From positions 1-22,452 of the forward strand of contig JBEKDF010000041.1 in assembly GCA_050014495.1 (NCBI GenBank): DNA of 22,452 nt, in the 5' to 3' direction. This DNA comes from Candidatus Bathyarchaeia archaeon. Lineage in GTDB: Archaea > Thermoproteota > Bathyarchaeia > TCS64. A program made the position numbers and the translations under genes. Positions 7,264 to 15,942 of this stretch are shown here, piece after piece. The notes beneath the pieces were generated by a model. The model made no database searches. It saw nothing but the letters and a program-made list of their open reading frames with translations, and had not been told where the DNA came from. Each line of letters begins with the position of its first letter. Position 1 is the stretch's first letter.

Positions 7264-7698
7264 ATGCTAACTACTGCCTCCGCTAAATTCGAGTTCTACT
7301 ATCCGAAGGGGATCAGGTGGAGTTGCAAGCGTTGTGGGGCCTGCTGCCGCGACGCATCACATCGTCCAAGGAGGATACTGCTCCTACCATCAGACATAAC
7401 GAGGCTGGAGGGAGTGGGGGAGAAAGACTTCATGGAGAGGGTAAAAGGTGAAGAGCCTTATATAGCTGAGATGAAGAAGATGGGCGGTGCCTGTGTCAAG
7501 CTGACAGAAAAGGGTTGCATGGTCTACCCCAGCCGTGCACTCCTGTGCAGGATGTATCCGTTTTGGGTCGAAAGGGAGGGGAGAAGCCTTGAGGTGATGG
7601 TTGATACGAGATGTCTAGGATTTGGTCACGGCCCGGAGCTAAAGGAAGACTACTTCAGGGACCACCTCACAATCGCTCTCAAAGAACGGGGAGATTGA
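7264..7698 (+). CDS. YkgJ family cysteine cluster (CxxCxxCC) protein
   Basis: WSCKRCGACC ... CVKL ... CMVYPSRALLCRMYPF ... C. The start may be ATG 7204, 7225 or 7264. Confidence 0.88.
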   Translation: MLTTASAKFEFYYPKGIRWSCKRCGACCRDASHRPRRILLLPSDITRLEGVGEKDFMERVKGEEPYIAEMKKMGGACVKLTEKGCMVYPSRALLCRMYPFWVEREGRSLEVMVDTRCLGFGHGPELKEDYFRDHLTIALKERGD

Positions 7699-7707
7699 GC
7701 CAACCAC

Positions 7708-7715
7708 TTTAATAT
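7708..7715 (+). promoter_or_regulatory. TATA box for the GNAT gene
   Basis: TTTAATAT 24-31 nt upstream of ATG 7739. Confidence 0.5.
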
Positions 7716-7738
7716 TTCATCAACTAATCGAGAAAGCC

Positions 7739-8590
7739 ATGGGCGAACCCGAAATCAGGGTAATGACACACAACGACCTCGACTTAGTAATGAGACTACA
7801 AGAGATGGTTGGCTGGGGTAACACAAGAGCCGACGCAGAGCGGAGCCTATACTATGAGCCTGGAGGCTGCTTCGTCGCGAGCCAAAACAGCTTAGATGTG
7901 GGGATCGTTAACAGCTTTCTCTACGGGGATAGTGGGTTTATCGGGAATCTTATCGTAGTACCCGAGGCGAGAGGGAGCGGAGTAGGTGCCGCGCTTATGA
8001 GGCACGCCATGGAGAGACTCACATCTGAGGGGGCAAAGGCGATCCGTCTCGATGGCGTCCAGAAAGCCATCTCTCTCTACGAGCGTCTCGGTTTCAAGGG
8101 AGAGTACTGGTCCCTCAGATTAGAAGGGAACGCTTCGAAGGCCCCCCACCACGGCGTCGAGCCCATGATGAAGGAGGATCTCGAGCAGGTCACCAGACTC
8201 GACAGACGATTCTTTGGCCAGGACAGGGGGCAGAAACTGAGGAGGGTCCAACACGACTTCCCCGACCTCTGTTTTAAGGCGTCCAAGGGGGGTGAGGTGA
8301 GGGGTTTCATTATGGCGAAGGTTGGGACATCTAACGTCCGAGTGGGACCCTGGATATGCGACCCAGCCTTCAGCGACATGGCAGAGCCACTTCTAAACGC
8401 ATTACTCTCTAAGGTCGAGGGGCGAAAGATCTGGATCGGGGTCCCCGAGTTCAACAAGGCTTCAATTAAGATCTTGGAGGGAAAGAGTTACCAAAGGATG
8501 CCCCCGAGCCTGAGAATGTGCTATGGAGTATGTAAGAAGGTAGAAGATGTCTCGGGTATATTCGGGGTTGGGGCTCCTGACAAAGGCTAA
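7739..8590 (+). CDS. GNAT family N-acetyltransferase (YitH/HolE-like two-domain)
   Basis: Acetyl-CoA motif VVPEARGSGVG, LYERLGF, and a second degenerate GNAT domain with 'VGPW'. Confidence 0.9.
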   Translation: MGEPEIRVMTHNDLDLVMRLQEMVGWGNTRADAERSLYYEPGGCFVASQNSLDVGIVNSFLYGDSGFIGNLIVVPEARGSGVGAALMRHAMERLTSEGAKAIRLDGVQKAISLYERLGFKGEYWSLRLEGNASKAPHHGVEPMMKEDLEQVTRLDRRFFGQDRGQKLRRVQHDFPDLCFKASKGGEVRGFIMAKVGTSNVRVGPWICDPAFSDMAEPLLNALLSKVEGRKIWIGVPEFNKASIKILEGKSYQRMPPSLRMCYGVCKKVEDVSGIFGVGAPDKG

Positions 8591-9015
8591 CTGGCACGAT
8601 GGAAGATTATCTTCTCACCCACTTCGAGCGGGGGCTCGTCCACCGTCGGTGCCCTGATCAGTATATTCATGTGGTTGGGCATATGGTTCATGTCGTAGCC
8701 TACGAGCTCACCAATCTTACTATCAGCGACGACGACATCATCTCCGGTGACGATTAGACCCCCACTGGTTATCTCGAAGAATGCTACCGCACTAACTTTA
8801 TCCGCTCCACCTCCTGGCACTGCGGCCTTCTCATCGGTTATCATGAGCTCATGAATTTCATGCTTAAGGACCGCCCTGCTCTTGGTATCAAGGAGTTTTA
8901 GGCCACGATCCTTGAAGCTTACGTGGAGAAGAGCTATTATCTCTCCTTCGACGGGGCGGCGGTCGCCGTAGAGGTCGGGGGTGATCTTCTTTGGGTCGTA
9001 GGGGAGCTTGGACAT
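8587..9015 (-). CDS. Conserved hypothetical protein, DUF6917-like
   Basis: Pattern EIHEL...PG...FFEI..GG..GD...GYDMNHMPNHMNI, recognised from memory as DUF6917. AGGAG RBS directly upstream; begins 5 nt after the asparaginase stop. Confidence 0.7.
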   Translation of the reverse strand: MSKLPYDPKKITPDLYGDRRPVEGEIIALLHVSFKDRGLKLLDTKSRAVLKHEIHELMITDEKAAVPGGGADKVSAVAFFEITSGGLIVTGDDVVVADSKIGELVGYDMNHMPNHMNILIRAPTVDEPPLEVGEKIIFHRAS

Positions 9016-9020
9016 CTCCT

Positions 9021-9962
9021 CTACTCCTTTATCCAGATACCCTTGCGTTCCTCAGGATTCTTAGAGTCAACGCCCATATACCAATGAACACTATCATGAC
9101 TCGTAGAAGCACTCATTGTATTACCTTTATTGTCCATGGCGAGGCAGTTCATCCCACCCTTTTCGTGGAGCTCGTTTATATCCTTCATACCACGGGCGCA
9201 GGCCTCGCGGATGTTCATACCATTTTCCATATAGGTGAGTACGGTTCGGGCGAGGCTGAGGCGTATGGCGAGTTCGCCACGTCCTGTGCATGCTACTGCC
9301 CCGAAGCGGTTGTCACAATAGTTTCCAGCACCAATTATGGGGCTGTCCCCGAGGCGCCCAGGGAACTTGAAGGCGGTACCGCTTGTGCTTACTCCGCTAC
9401 ATATGTCCCCGTTTTTATCCATGGCCATTACGTTTACGGTACCGTACTGCTTATCCGTGAGCTTATCATACCAATCACGAAGACCGAAGTCAACATCGTA
9501 GTTTATGTACCAAGGAGTCTGCCCCTCCTTGGGCTGATCAGAGTACCTCTTGAGGAAGCTCTGATAGGTGGCCTTCGACTGTTTCGTGAGCAGGTTTTGC
9601 TTTTTGAATCCCATGGTCTTCGCGAAGAGCTCAGCGCCACTACCCACAAGCATGACGTGAGGGGTTTTCTCCATCACCATCCGAGCGATACTTATGACGT
9701 GCATGTACCCCTTCACAGCGCCTACCGCACCCGTCCTTAGTGTCTTTCCATCCATGATACTGGCGTCGAGTTCAACATCTCCCATAAGGTTGGGTATCCC
9801 ACCATAACCCACACTGTCATCCTTTGGATTTGCTTCCACGAGTTTTATCGAAGCTTCGACAGCGTCGATCGCCGAGCCATTGTTATGCAACACTTCGGCA
9901 CCAGCATGGAGGAACTCGCCAGCGTTCATAGTCCCAATGATAAAGGGTTTGACTTTTGTCAT
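9021..9962 (-). CDS. Asparaginase_2 family Ntn-hydrolase (glycosylasparaginase / isoaspartyl peptidase-like)
   Basis: SVGYGG, ELDASIMDG, nucleophile Thr in GTV, STSG, PGRLGDSPIIGAG and CTGRGE. Confidence 0.93.
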   Translation of the reverse strand: MTKVKPFIIGTMNAGEFLHAGAEVLHNNGSAIDAVEASIKLVEANPKDDSVGYGGIPNLMGDVELDASIMDGKTLRTGAVGAVKGYMHVISIARMVMEKTPHVMLVGSGAELFAKTMGFKKQNLLTKQSKATYQSFLKRYSDQPKEGQTPWYINYDVDFGLRDWYDKLTDKQYGTVNVMAMDKNGDICSGVSTSGTAFKFPGRLGDSPIIGAGNYCDNRFGAVACTGRGELAIRLSLARTVLTYMENGMNIREACARGMKDINELHEKGGMNCLAMDNKGNTMSASTSHDSVHWYMGVDSKNPEERKGIWIKE

Positions 9963-9984
9963 GGTTTGATGGACGCTCTAGGTG

Positions 9985-9990
9985 TATAAA
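9985..9990 (-). promoter_or_regulatory. TATA box for the asparaginase operon
   Basis: TTTATA on the minus strand 23-28 nt upstream of ATG 9962. Confidence 0.55.
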
Positions 9991-10310
9991 AAACAGATAG
10001 AGGCGCCCTAGCGAGTTAATTCTTGTAAAAATCACAGAAAAATGCAGACCATATCGACTCAACTAGTCTTTTATCCCAGTGGTTTCGTGTTTTCAATACT
10101 TTTGCATTTATAACATCTCGATAAAATTATTGACAGAAGTTTAACAAGTCGTTATGAAAGCTGAAACGACAAAGATTGATGATAGGTAAATCGCCTTTAT
10201 TGTTTTTATGCGCACGCGTTAGGGTCTTAAGTATTTCACCCGTCTCTCTGAGCATCTCAGACTCCTAGAAGCCTTAAAAAACGCCCTCGAGCGTTATCTG
10301 GTGAATCGTC

Positions 10311-11282
10311 ATGAGCACTGGAGTGTGGGCGGAGAAATATAGACCCAAGACCTTGGACGAGATGGTCGATAGAGATGAGATCGTCTCAAGGTTCAAAAGC
10401 TTCGTCAAAGACAAGAACCTCCCCCACCTCCTCCTCGTCGGGCCCGCTGGCGTGGGCAAGACAACGAGCATCCTCTGCTTGGCTCGTGATCTCTACGGGG
10501 CAGGCTATCAGAACTATATCCTTGAGTTGAATGCTAGCGACGAACGCGGCATTGATGTCATCAGGGAGAAAGTAAAGAACTTCGCCCGTACCGCTGCAAT
10601 CGCTAGTGAGGTCTCGTTCAAGATTCTCATACTCGACGAGGCTGACAGCCTCACAACAGCTGCACAACATGCTCTCCGCCGTACGATGGAGGTCTACACA
10701 CGTACTTGCCGCTTCTGCCTCATAGGTAACTACTCCGAGAACATCATAGACCCTATACAGAGCAGATGCAGCGTATTCAGGTTCAGTCCCCTAGCCGAGC
10801 AGGATGTGAAGAGCTACATTACTACCATTGCGAAGAAAGAGGGTGTGAAGATGATCCCCGAAGGGCTCGACGCCGTCTTCGAGGCAAGCCAAGGTGACAT
10901 GCGTAAGGCTACGAATCTTCTCCAAGCTGCCGCTGCGACGCAGGGCGAGGTAGATGACATAGCTATCTACAGTGTCCTCGGAAGGGTGAGCCCACAGCGT
11001 GTCCGAGATATGATCAACCTTGGCATTAAGGGGGAGTTTCTCGAGGCACGTGAGATACTTCGTAGCCTACTCATAGATGAGGGGCTAGCTGCAGAGGATA
11101 TAATCAGGATGGTTTACTCCGAACTTATGCGGATGCAGATGCCCGAGAAGTGGAAAGTCAAGATAAGTGACACAATCGGGGAGGTAGACTTCCGCCTCAC
11201 ACAAGGTGCGCGCCCCGAGATACAGCTAAGCACCCTAATAGCTAAATTAGCACTGGCCAGTGAAGAAATTGAGCGTCGATAG
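10311..11282 (+). CDS. rfcS: Replication factor C small subunit
   Basis: WAEKYRP, Walker A GPAGVGKT, ELNASDERG, LDEAD, SRC and GDMR motifs. No intein. GGTGA RBS upstream. Confidence 0.98.
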   Translation: MSTGVWAEKYRPKTLDEMVDRDEIVSRFKSFVKDKNLPHLLLVGPAGVGKTTSILCLARDLYGAGYQNYILELNASDERGIDVIREKVKNFARTAAIASEVSFKILILDEADSLTTAAQHALRRTMEVYTRTCRFCLIGNYSENIIDPIQSRCSVFRFSPLAEQDVKSYITTIAKKEGVKMIPEGLDAVFEASQGDMRKATNLLQAAAATQGEVDDIAIYSVLGRVSPQRVRDMINLGIKGEFLEAREILRSLLIDEGLAAEDIIRMVYSELMRMQMPEKWKVKISDTIGEVDFRLTQGARPEIQLSTLIAKLALASEEIERR

Positions 11283-12690
11283 GTTACCTTGGGCGGTCAG
11301 GTTCAGACCACGCATCATCACCGATATAGCTGACAACAGGGAAGCAGTCAACGACCTTAAGTTATGGCTTCGTGGCTGGGAGAAGGGTATCCCAAAGGAA
11401 CGCGCGGTCTTCCTCTATGGACCTCCCGGCACTGGGAAAACTAGCAGCGTATATGTACTCGCTGAGGAGCTTAACTTCGACCTTCTCGAGGTAAACGCTA
11501 GCGATTATCGGACACGGACCCGTATGGAAGAACTCATAGGCCGAGCTGCTACACAGAACATCACTATCTTCGGTAAGAGACGCCTAATCCTATTCGATGA
11601 AATGGAGGGCATCAGTGGCCACGAGGATCTAGGGGGTATCGCGGCAATTACGGACATCATCAAGACGACACGTGCCCCAATAATTCTCATCGCCACCGCT
11701 ATCGCGGAGAATAACGAAGAGAAGTTCCGTCCTCTACGCGACAAGGCCATCGCAATAGAATTCAAGCCAGTCCCTACAATGGATGTCTACACAAAGCTCG
11801 AAAGGATAGTGAAAGAACTCGAACTCGATGCTTCCCCCGAAGCGCTAGAGACCCTAGCCATCCACAGCGAGGGCGACCTACGCTCAGCAATAAACGACCT
11901 AGAGACAATAGCCAGAGGAAAGGGGACGATCACGACCGAGGATGTAGAGGGCCTCGGACACAGGGACAAACAGGAGTACACTCCCACTATAGTGAGAAAC
12001 ATCTTCGCCGCCAAGACCCTCCAAGATGCACGGAAAGCGATAGGCCAAGCATATGTAGATCACGAGGAGCTCTTCGACTGGCTCTACGAAAACCTCCCTC
12101 TCATCCTCGATGACAAGGTCGATCTTAATAACGGGCTCGAGGCACTCTCACGCGCAGACATCTTTGAAAAAAGGGCACGTAATAGCAGTTACAGGCTCCA
12201 GAAGTACATGTTCAATGAAATGACGGGGGGCGTCGCCTTTAGTAGGGGGCGAAGCGAGGGACTTGGACTTCGTCGCCAGATCATGATGGCTACTTCAAAA
12301 CTTGGATACCCACAGAGCGCCTTCGTCCTCCAAGAGACAGCGGGAGGAATGCTGTTGAAGCCTGTCAAATACATGGGCGATGACTGGAAGCGCGTCAACG
12401 ACGCCATGAGAGCGATCGGGGCAACCTGGGTGCGGGGAGGTAACGGGTGGGCTATTCCCTACCTCCGCCCCCCGCAACTCAAATGGAGGTACATACGCAC
12501 TTACTACAGCCGCAGGAAGCTCCAAGCAGTCGCCGCGAAGGTAGCTTCGAAGTGTCACATCTCCATCAATGAAGCCATCTCAGAGGTGATCCCACTCCTC
12601 CGACTCATGTACAAGGACAAGACAACAGAGGAAGCTACGACAGCGTGGCTTGGACTAGAGGACGACGAGGTCGACTGGCTCAAAGGCTAG
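11260..12690 (+). CDS. rfcL: Replication factor C large subunit (with a ~66 aa insertion)
   Basis: PWAVRFRP, GPPGTGKT, EVNASD, FDEMEG, GDLRSAINDL, WLYENLP, LSRADIF and MTGGVA. Overlaps the rfcS stop. Alternative start TTG 11269. Confidence 0.95.
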   Translation: MKKLSVDRLPWAVRFRPRIITDIADNREAVNDLKLWLRGWEKGIPKERAVFLYGPPGTGKTSSVYVLAEELNFDLLEVNASDYRTRTRMEELIGRAATQNITIFGKRRLILFDEMEGISGHEDLGGIAAITDIIKTTRAPIILIATAIAENNEEKFRPLRDKAIAIEFKPVPTMDVYTKLERIVKELELDASPEALETLAIHSEGDLRSAINDLETIARGKGTITTEDVEGLGHRDKQEYTPTIVRNIFAAKTLQDARKAIGQAYVDHEELFDWLYENLPLILDDKVDLNNGLEALSRADIFEKRARNSSYRLQKYMFNEMTGGVAFSRGRSEGLGLRRQIMMATSKLGYPQSAFVLQETAGGMLLKPVKYMGDDWKRVNDAMRAIGATWVRGGNGWAIPYLRPPQLKWRYIRTYYSRRKLQAVAAKVASKCHISINEAISEVIPLLRLMYKDKTTEEATTAWLGLEDDEVDWLKG

Positions 12691-13670
12691 AAGATATCTG
12701 ATGACACTATGCTCCAGTTTCTGATGCTTGTCAACTCGACGCCGCCACGAAACAGCTTGCTTTCAAATTCTTCTATCCCAGAGATATTTTTCATTATGAG
12801 TGTATAGAAGTGGTCAGGCACGAAACCCAGTAGCTGAACCGCATTGCTCATCAAGGAACCCATCGCTTCCGTCAAATAGATTTCATCAATTGGTTCGCCA
12901 ACGTGCAGTACTTGATTGATGAGTGCAGATGCAACGCGTGGCCTGTTGAGAATTGGAGAATAGTCCTCAAGGAAGAGAGTGTTGGAGACATTACCTCGTT
13001 CAAGACTCACGGCTGCGTATCCGGTATCGTCTCCATCTTTGATGCTGTAAAACATACTCCGCCTAATTGGATGACTGTACCTCCATCTCAAGTATTCAGT
13101 TGTTCTATAGTAGTGGAGTTTAGAAGTGATCTTTGCCCAATCCTCGTAGAGATTGTGAAAATCGTCGAGGCTGCATGGTTTTATCTCAACTTCGTCATTT
13201 CCCTCGATACTACACTTGTTGAGATCCGATAACTTAACGCGAAGGGAATTGAAATCTCCGGTGATTGTGGATCCCACCTTCTGCGCAGCTCCCGCCGATC
13301 CCGCGAAGTTGAACCCCATGAGCATCTTAGGCCCTCTCCCAGCGAGTTCACCGAACGCAAATTGAAGTGTCTTCTGGAAGAGACCCATCCTTCTATGCTC
13401 TGGATTCACGAAACCGTCACAACCCTGCACAACTGAGAATATGTCTTCCCCTCGCCTTACCCGGAGGGGAAGGAAACTATTGAAGGCGACAGGTTCACCG
13501 GCGTACTCCACAACCGCTATCGAAACGAAACCGAGGTTGAATGGAGTGTTAACCATCTTCCACCTGAACCTAGCCTCGTCGTACTCATCATAGAGGGACT
13601 CATTAAGTCCACGTATGTAGGCTTCGAGGTCACTCTCCTCGAACCACCTGACCCTATACTGTCCTGACAA
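12687..13670 (-). CDS. GNAT family N-acetyltransferase
   Basis: DGFVNPEHRRMGLF motif A and 'RTTEYLRWRY' in the second domain. TTG 13670 is preferred because ATTTAT lies 26-31 nt upstream; the ORF track start is GTG 13709. Confidence 0.85.
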   Translation of the reverse strand: MSGQYRVRWFEESDLEAYIRGLNESLYDEYDEARFRWKMVNTPFNLGFVSIAVVEYAGEPVAFNSFLPLRVRRGEDIFSVVQGCDGFVNPEHRRMGLFQKTLQFAFGELAGRGPKMLMGFNFAGSAGAAQKVGSTITGDFNSLRVKLSDLNKCSIEGNDEVEIKPCSLDDFHNLYEDWAKITSKLHYYRTTEYLRWRYSHPIRRSMFYSIKDGDDTGYAAVSLERGNVSNTLFLEDYSPILNRPRVASALINQVLHVGEPIDEIYLTEAMGSLMSNAVQLLGFVPDHFYTLIMKNISGIEEFESKLFRGGVELTSIRNWSIVSSDIF

Positions 13671-13825
13671 CGGATCATAGCCACTCTTTGACTGGATAAA
13701 TCCTGCCACCTAGTCAAAGACGTTATACAGCCAAGTTTCGCACGCGAATTTCCTTGGACTTCCCAGACTGAAGCCCACAATCCACCTAAACTCTTTTTTC
13801 CCTAGTCCCTTCACTATGAAAAGAA

Positions 13826-14929
13826 ATGGCCGAAGCCCCAAAGCTCGATCTAAATTTACCATATGTCACACCTGATCTCCCTGGGATCGGTGGGGTCATC
13901 AGGTCGAGGCCAGAGCTCTTTTCAGTTGTCGAGATACCGGCTTATGAGCCTCTTGGATACGGGGATCACATATATCTAAGTATAACTAAACGAAAAATGA
14001 CTACGAGGGATACACAGATTGCAATCGCAAGTCTGCTCGGTCTCAGGCGGGAGGACGTCGGCCACGCTGGACTGAAGGATAAAAACGCCGTCTCAACCCA
14101 GACATTTAGCCTCCTAATGCCGATCGATAATCCCATGGAAGTTGCCAAGATTGTCGAGTCAAGCCTTGGTGTCGTGGTGAATTGGGCAAAAAGACACCCA
14201 AAGAAGCTTAGGTCGGGCCACCTCAAAGGTAACACGTTCTCGATTACTGTTACTGAACCTGAAGTGCCGCAGGAGACCGCTCTGAGAATGGTTGGGGAAA
14301 TCCAGATGACGATCGCCCGACTTGGAATACCCAATTACTTCGGTACCCAAAGGATAGGAAAGGATGGGAGAAACGTCATCGACGGCTATAACCTCATCAA
14401 AGAAAAATATAGGGAGCGGAACAGATGGCTGCGCAGATTCCTCGTCTCAAGCTACCTCAGCCACCTCTGTAACCGCTACCTAGCTAGGAGGCTAACTGAA
14501 GGTAACTTCGCGAGGCTCCTCAGCGGCGACTTGGCTAAGAAGCACGATACAGGTGGCGTCTTCACAGTCGAGGATTCTCAGTTGGAGCAGCCACGTTTCG
14601 AGAGAGGCGAAATCAGTTTCACGGCTCCGATCTATGGTTATAAGATGAGAGAGACAAAGTATGAGTCAAAAATGCTTGAGGACTCAATCTTCGCGGAAGC
14701 GGACGTTACATTAGATGAACTTCAAAAGGTTGGGGCGGATGGGACAAGACGCCTGGGGAGGTTACTACCCGATATCACTGTAAGCGAACACCCGGAGGGT
14801 GTGACTCTCTCCTTTGGCCTCCCTGCGGGTGGCTACGCCACCGTTGTTTTACGTGAGTTTATGAAGAACGATATCAAAACCAACGAGATCGAAGTTGAAG
14901 AACCCGACGAGGAGAATTTGGAGCTATAA
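13826..14929 (+). CDS. truD: tRNA pseudouridine(13) synthase TruD
   Basis: Catalytic AGLKDKNAVSTQ, GHLKGNTFSI, PNYFGTQR and LPAGGYATVVLRE motifs. Confidence 0.96.
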   Translation: MAEAPKLDLNLPYVTPDLPGIGGVIRSRPELFSVVEIPAYEPLGYGDHIYLSITKRKMTTRDTQIAIASLLGLRREDVGHAGLKDKNAVSTQTFSLLMPIDNPMEVAKIVESSLGVVVNWAKRHPKKLRSGHLKGNTFSITVTEPEVPQETALRMVGEIQMTIARLGIPNYFGTQRIGKDGRNVIDGYNLIKEKYRERNRWLRRFLVSSYLSHLCNRYLARRLTEGNFARLLSGDLAKKHDTGGVFTVEDSQLEQPRFERGEISFTAPIYGYKMRETKYESKMLEDSIFAEADVTLDELQKVGADGTRRLGRLLPDITVSEHPEGVTLSFGLPAGGYATVVLREFMKNDIKTNEIEVEEPDEENLEL

Positions 14930-14932
14930 GCT

Positions 14933-15298
14933 CTAACGAGATTTAACATCTATAGTTCTGAGGAGCTCCTCGATCATTTCCTCATCCGTCTCTGAGTTCA
15001 TGCTACGCTTATACTCCCTCAGTCGCCCAAGAGTCTCTTCGGAAATACCACCACAGTTCCTGGATGCGTGGTCTAACCACTCCCTATACTTCACATGCTC
15101 CCTGTCGATTTCCTCAATTGAGAGGTCAATGAGTCGAAGGTGTGTCTCAATCTCTTTCAAGCTTCTTGGATCCTTAACGGGGAGGCCTGAGATACCATCT
15201 TTGAGTGTGTCGAGGACCTTTCGGAGTTTTCCATGATGTTTTTCCATCATTTCGTCTAGTTCGCGGAGCTCAGCCGCCAATGTACCGTTCTGAGGCAT
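14933..15298 (-). CDS. Hypothetical helical/coiled-coil protein
   Basis: 121 aa ATG ORF filling the gap between truD and endA, charged heptad-like composition, TATA-like CTTTATC upstream. Confidence 0.6.
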   Translation of the reverse strand: MPQNGTLAAELRELDEMMEKHHGKLRKVLDTLKDGISGLPVKDPRSLKEIETHLRLIDLSIEEIDREHVKYREWLDHASRNCGGISEETLGRLREYKRSMNSETDEEMIEELLRTIDVKSR

Positions 15299-15384
15299 TC
15301 AGCACGCCCAAAATGCCATATTATCCCAGCTGATAAAGGATTAATGGAGTGATGAACGAGTTTTAGAGTTCCTTGGACAAGTTT

Positions 15385-15942
15385 CTAGGCCTTCCACCAC
15401 TTGAACTCAAGATACTCCACATCATTACAGCTCGGTATCGCTGCGATGAAGGTCTTCCTCACAGTTGAGGCTAGGCGTCCAGCCTTGACAACATCGAGGG
15501 CTGTCATCTGATCTTCCCTCGACATTACTTGTATTATATATGGGGCGTGGTCTATTCCTGGGCCATGTTCATACACTGCGAAGTCGCAACCGTATTTTAA
15601 ACCAGGTGTCACCACGAATCCCTTCTCTCTAAGATCGTGATATACCCTATATTTCGCATCGAAGCCCTCTAGTTTCTCCCTCGCGACCTTTCTAAGACTA
15701 GCGAAAGTCATCTTATGATTATTCAAGAGGACAAATACCTTCTTTTTTTCTAGGAGATAGATACCCTCAATCAAGTCCAGGATTAGTGGCTCTTCGAAGT
15801 CCTCCCTTGGCTTCGGGTTTCCCAAGGGTTTCCCATAGAAGTCGGTGTTGAAGAGGTTTCTGCTGTCCTCAGTAGACCACACGACAAGGCGCCCATCAGC
15901 GAGGAGCTCGACTTCTACAGGCGCCGTCAATTCTTGCTTCAC
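15385..15942 (-). CDS. endA: tRNA-intron lyase (splicing endonuclease, catalytic subunit)
   Basis: VYHDLREKGF, GLKYGCDFAVY, HAPY and GRLASTVRK with the Tyr/His/Lys triad. Confidence 0.95.
   Translation of the reverse strand: MKQELTAPVEVELLADGRLVVWSTEDSRNLFNTDFYGKPLGNPKPREDFEEPLILDLIEGIYLLEKKKVFVLLNNHKMTFASLRKVAREKLEGFDAKYRVYHDLREKGFVVTPGLKYGCDFAVYEHGPGIDHAPYIIQVMSREDQMTALDVVKAGRLASTVRKTFIAAIPSCNDVEYLEFKWWKA

Noticed and set aside
8991..9740. 249 aa plus-strand ORF
   Set aside because: It is the antisense shadow of the well-supported asparaginase and has no recognisable motifs.
10067..10078. 12-mer GTCTTTTATCCC matching 21448-21459 in reverse complement
   Set aside because: Several 12-mer matches are expected by chance in 22 kb, and it is explained by TATA-like composition.
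12262..12459. RfcL insertion as an intein
   Set aside because: It is too short and has no Cys/Ser start or His-Asn end.
15349..15400. C/D box sRNA starting at GTGATGA
   Set aside because: No downstream CTGA D or D' boxes at suitable spacing.
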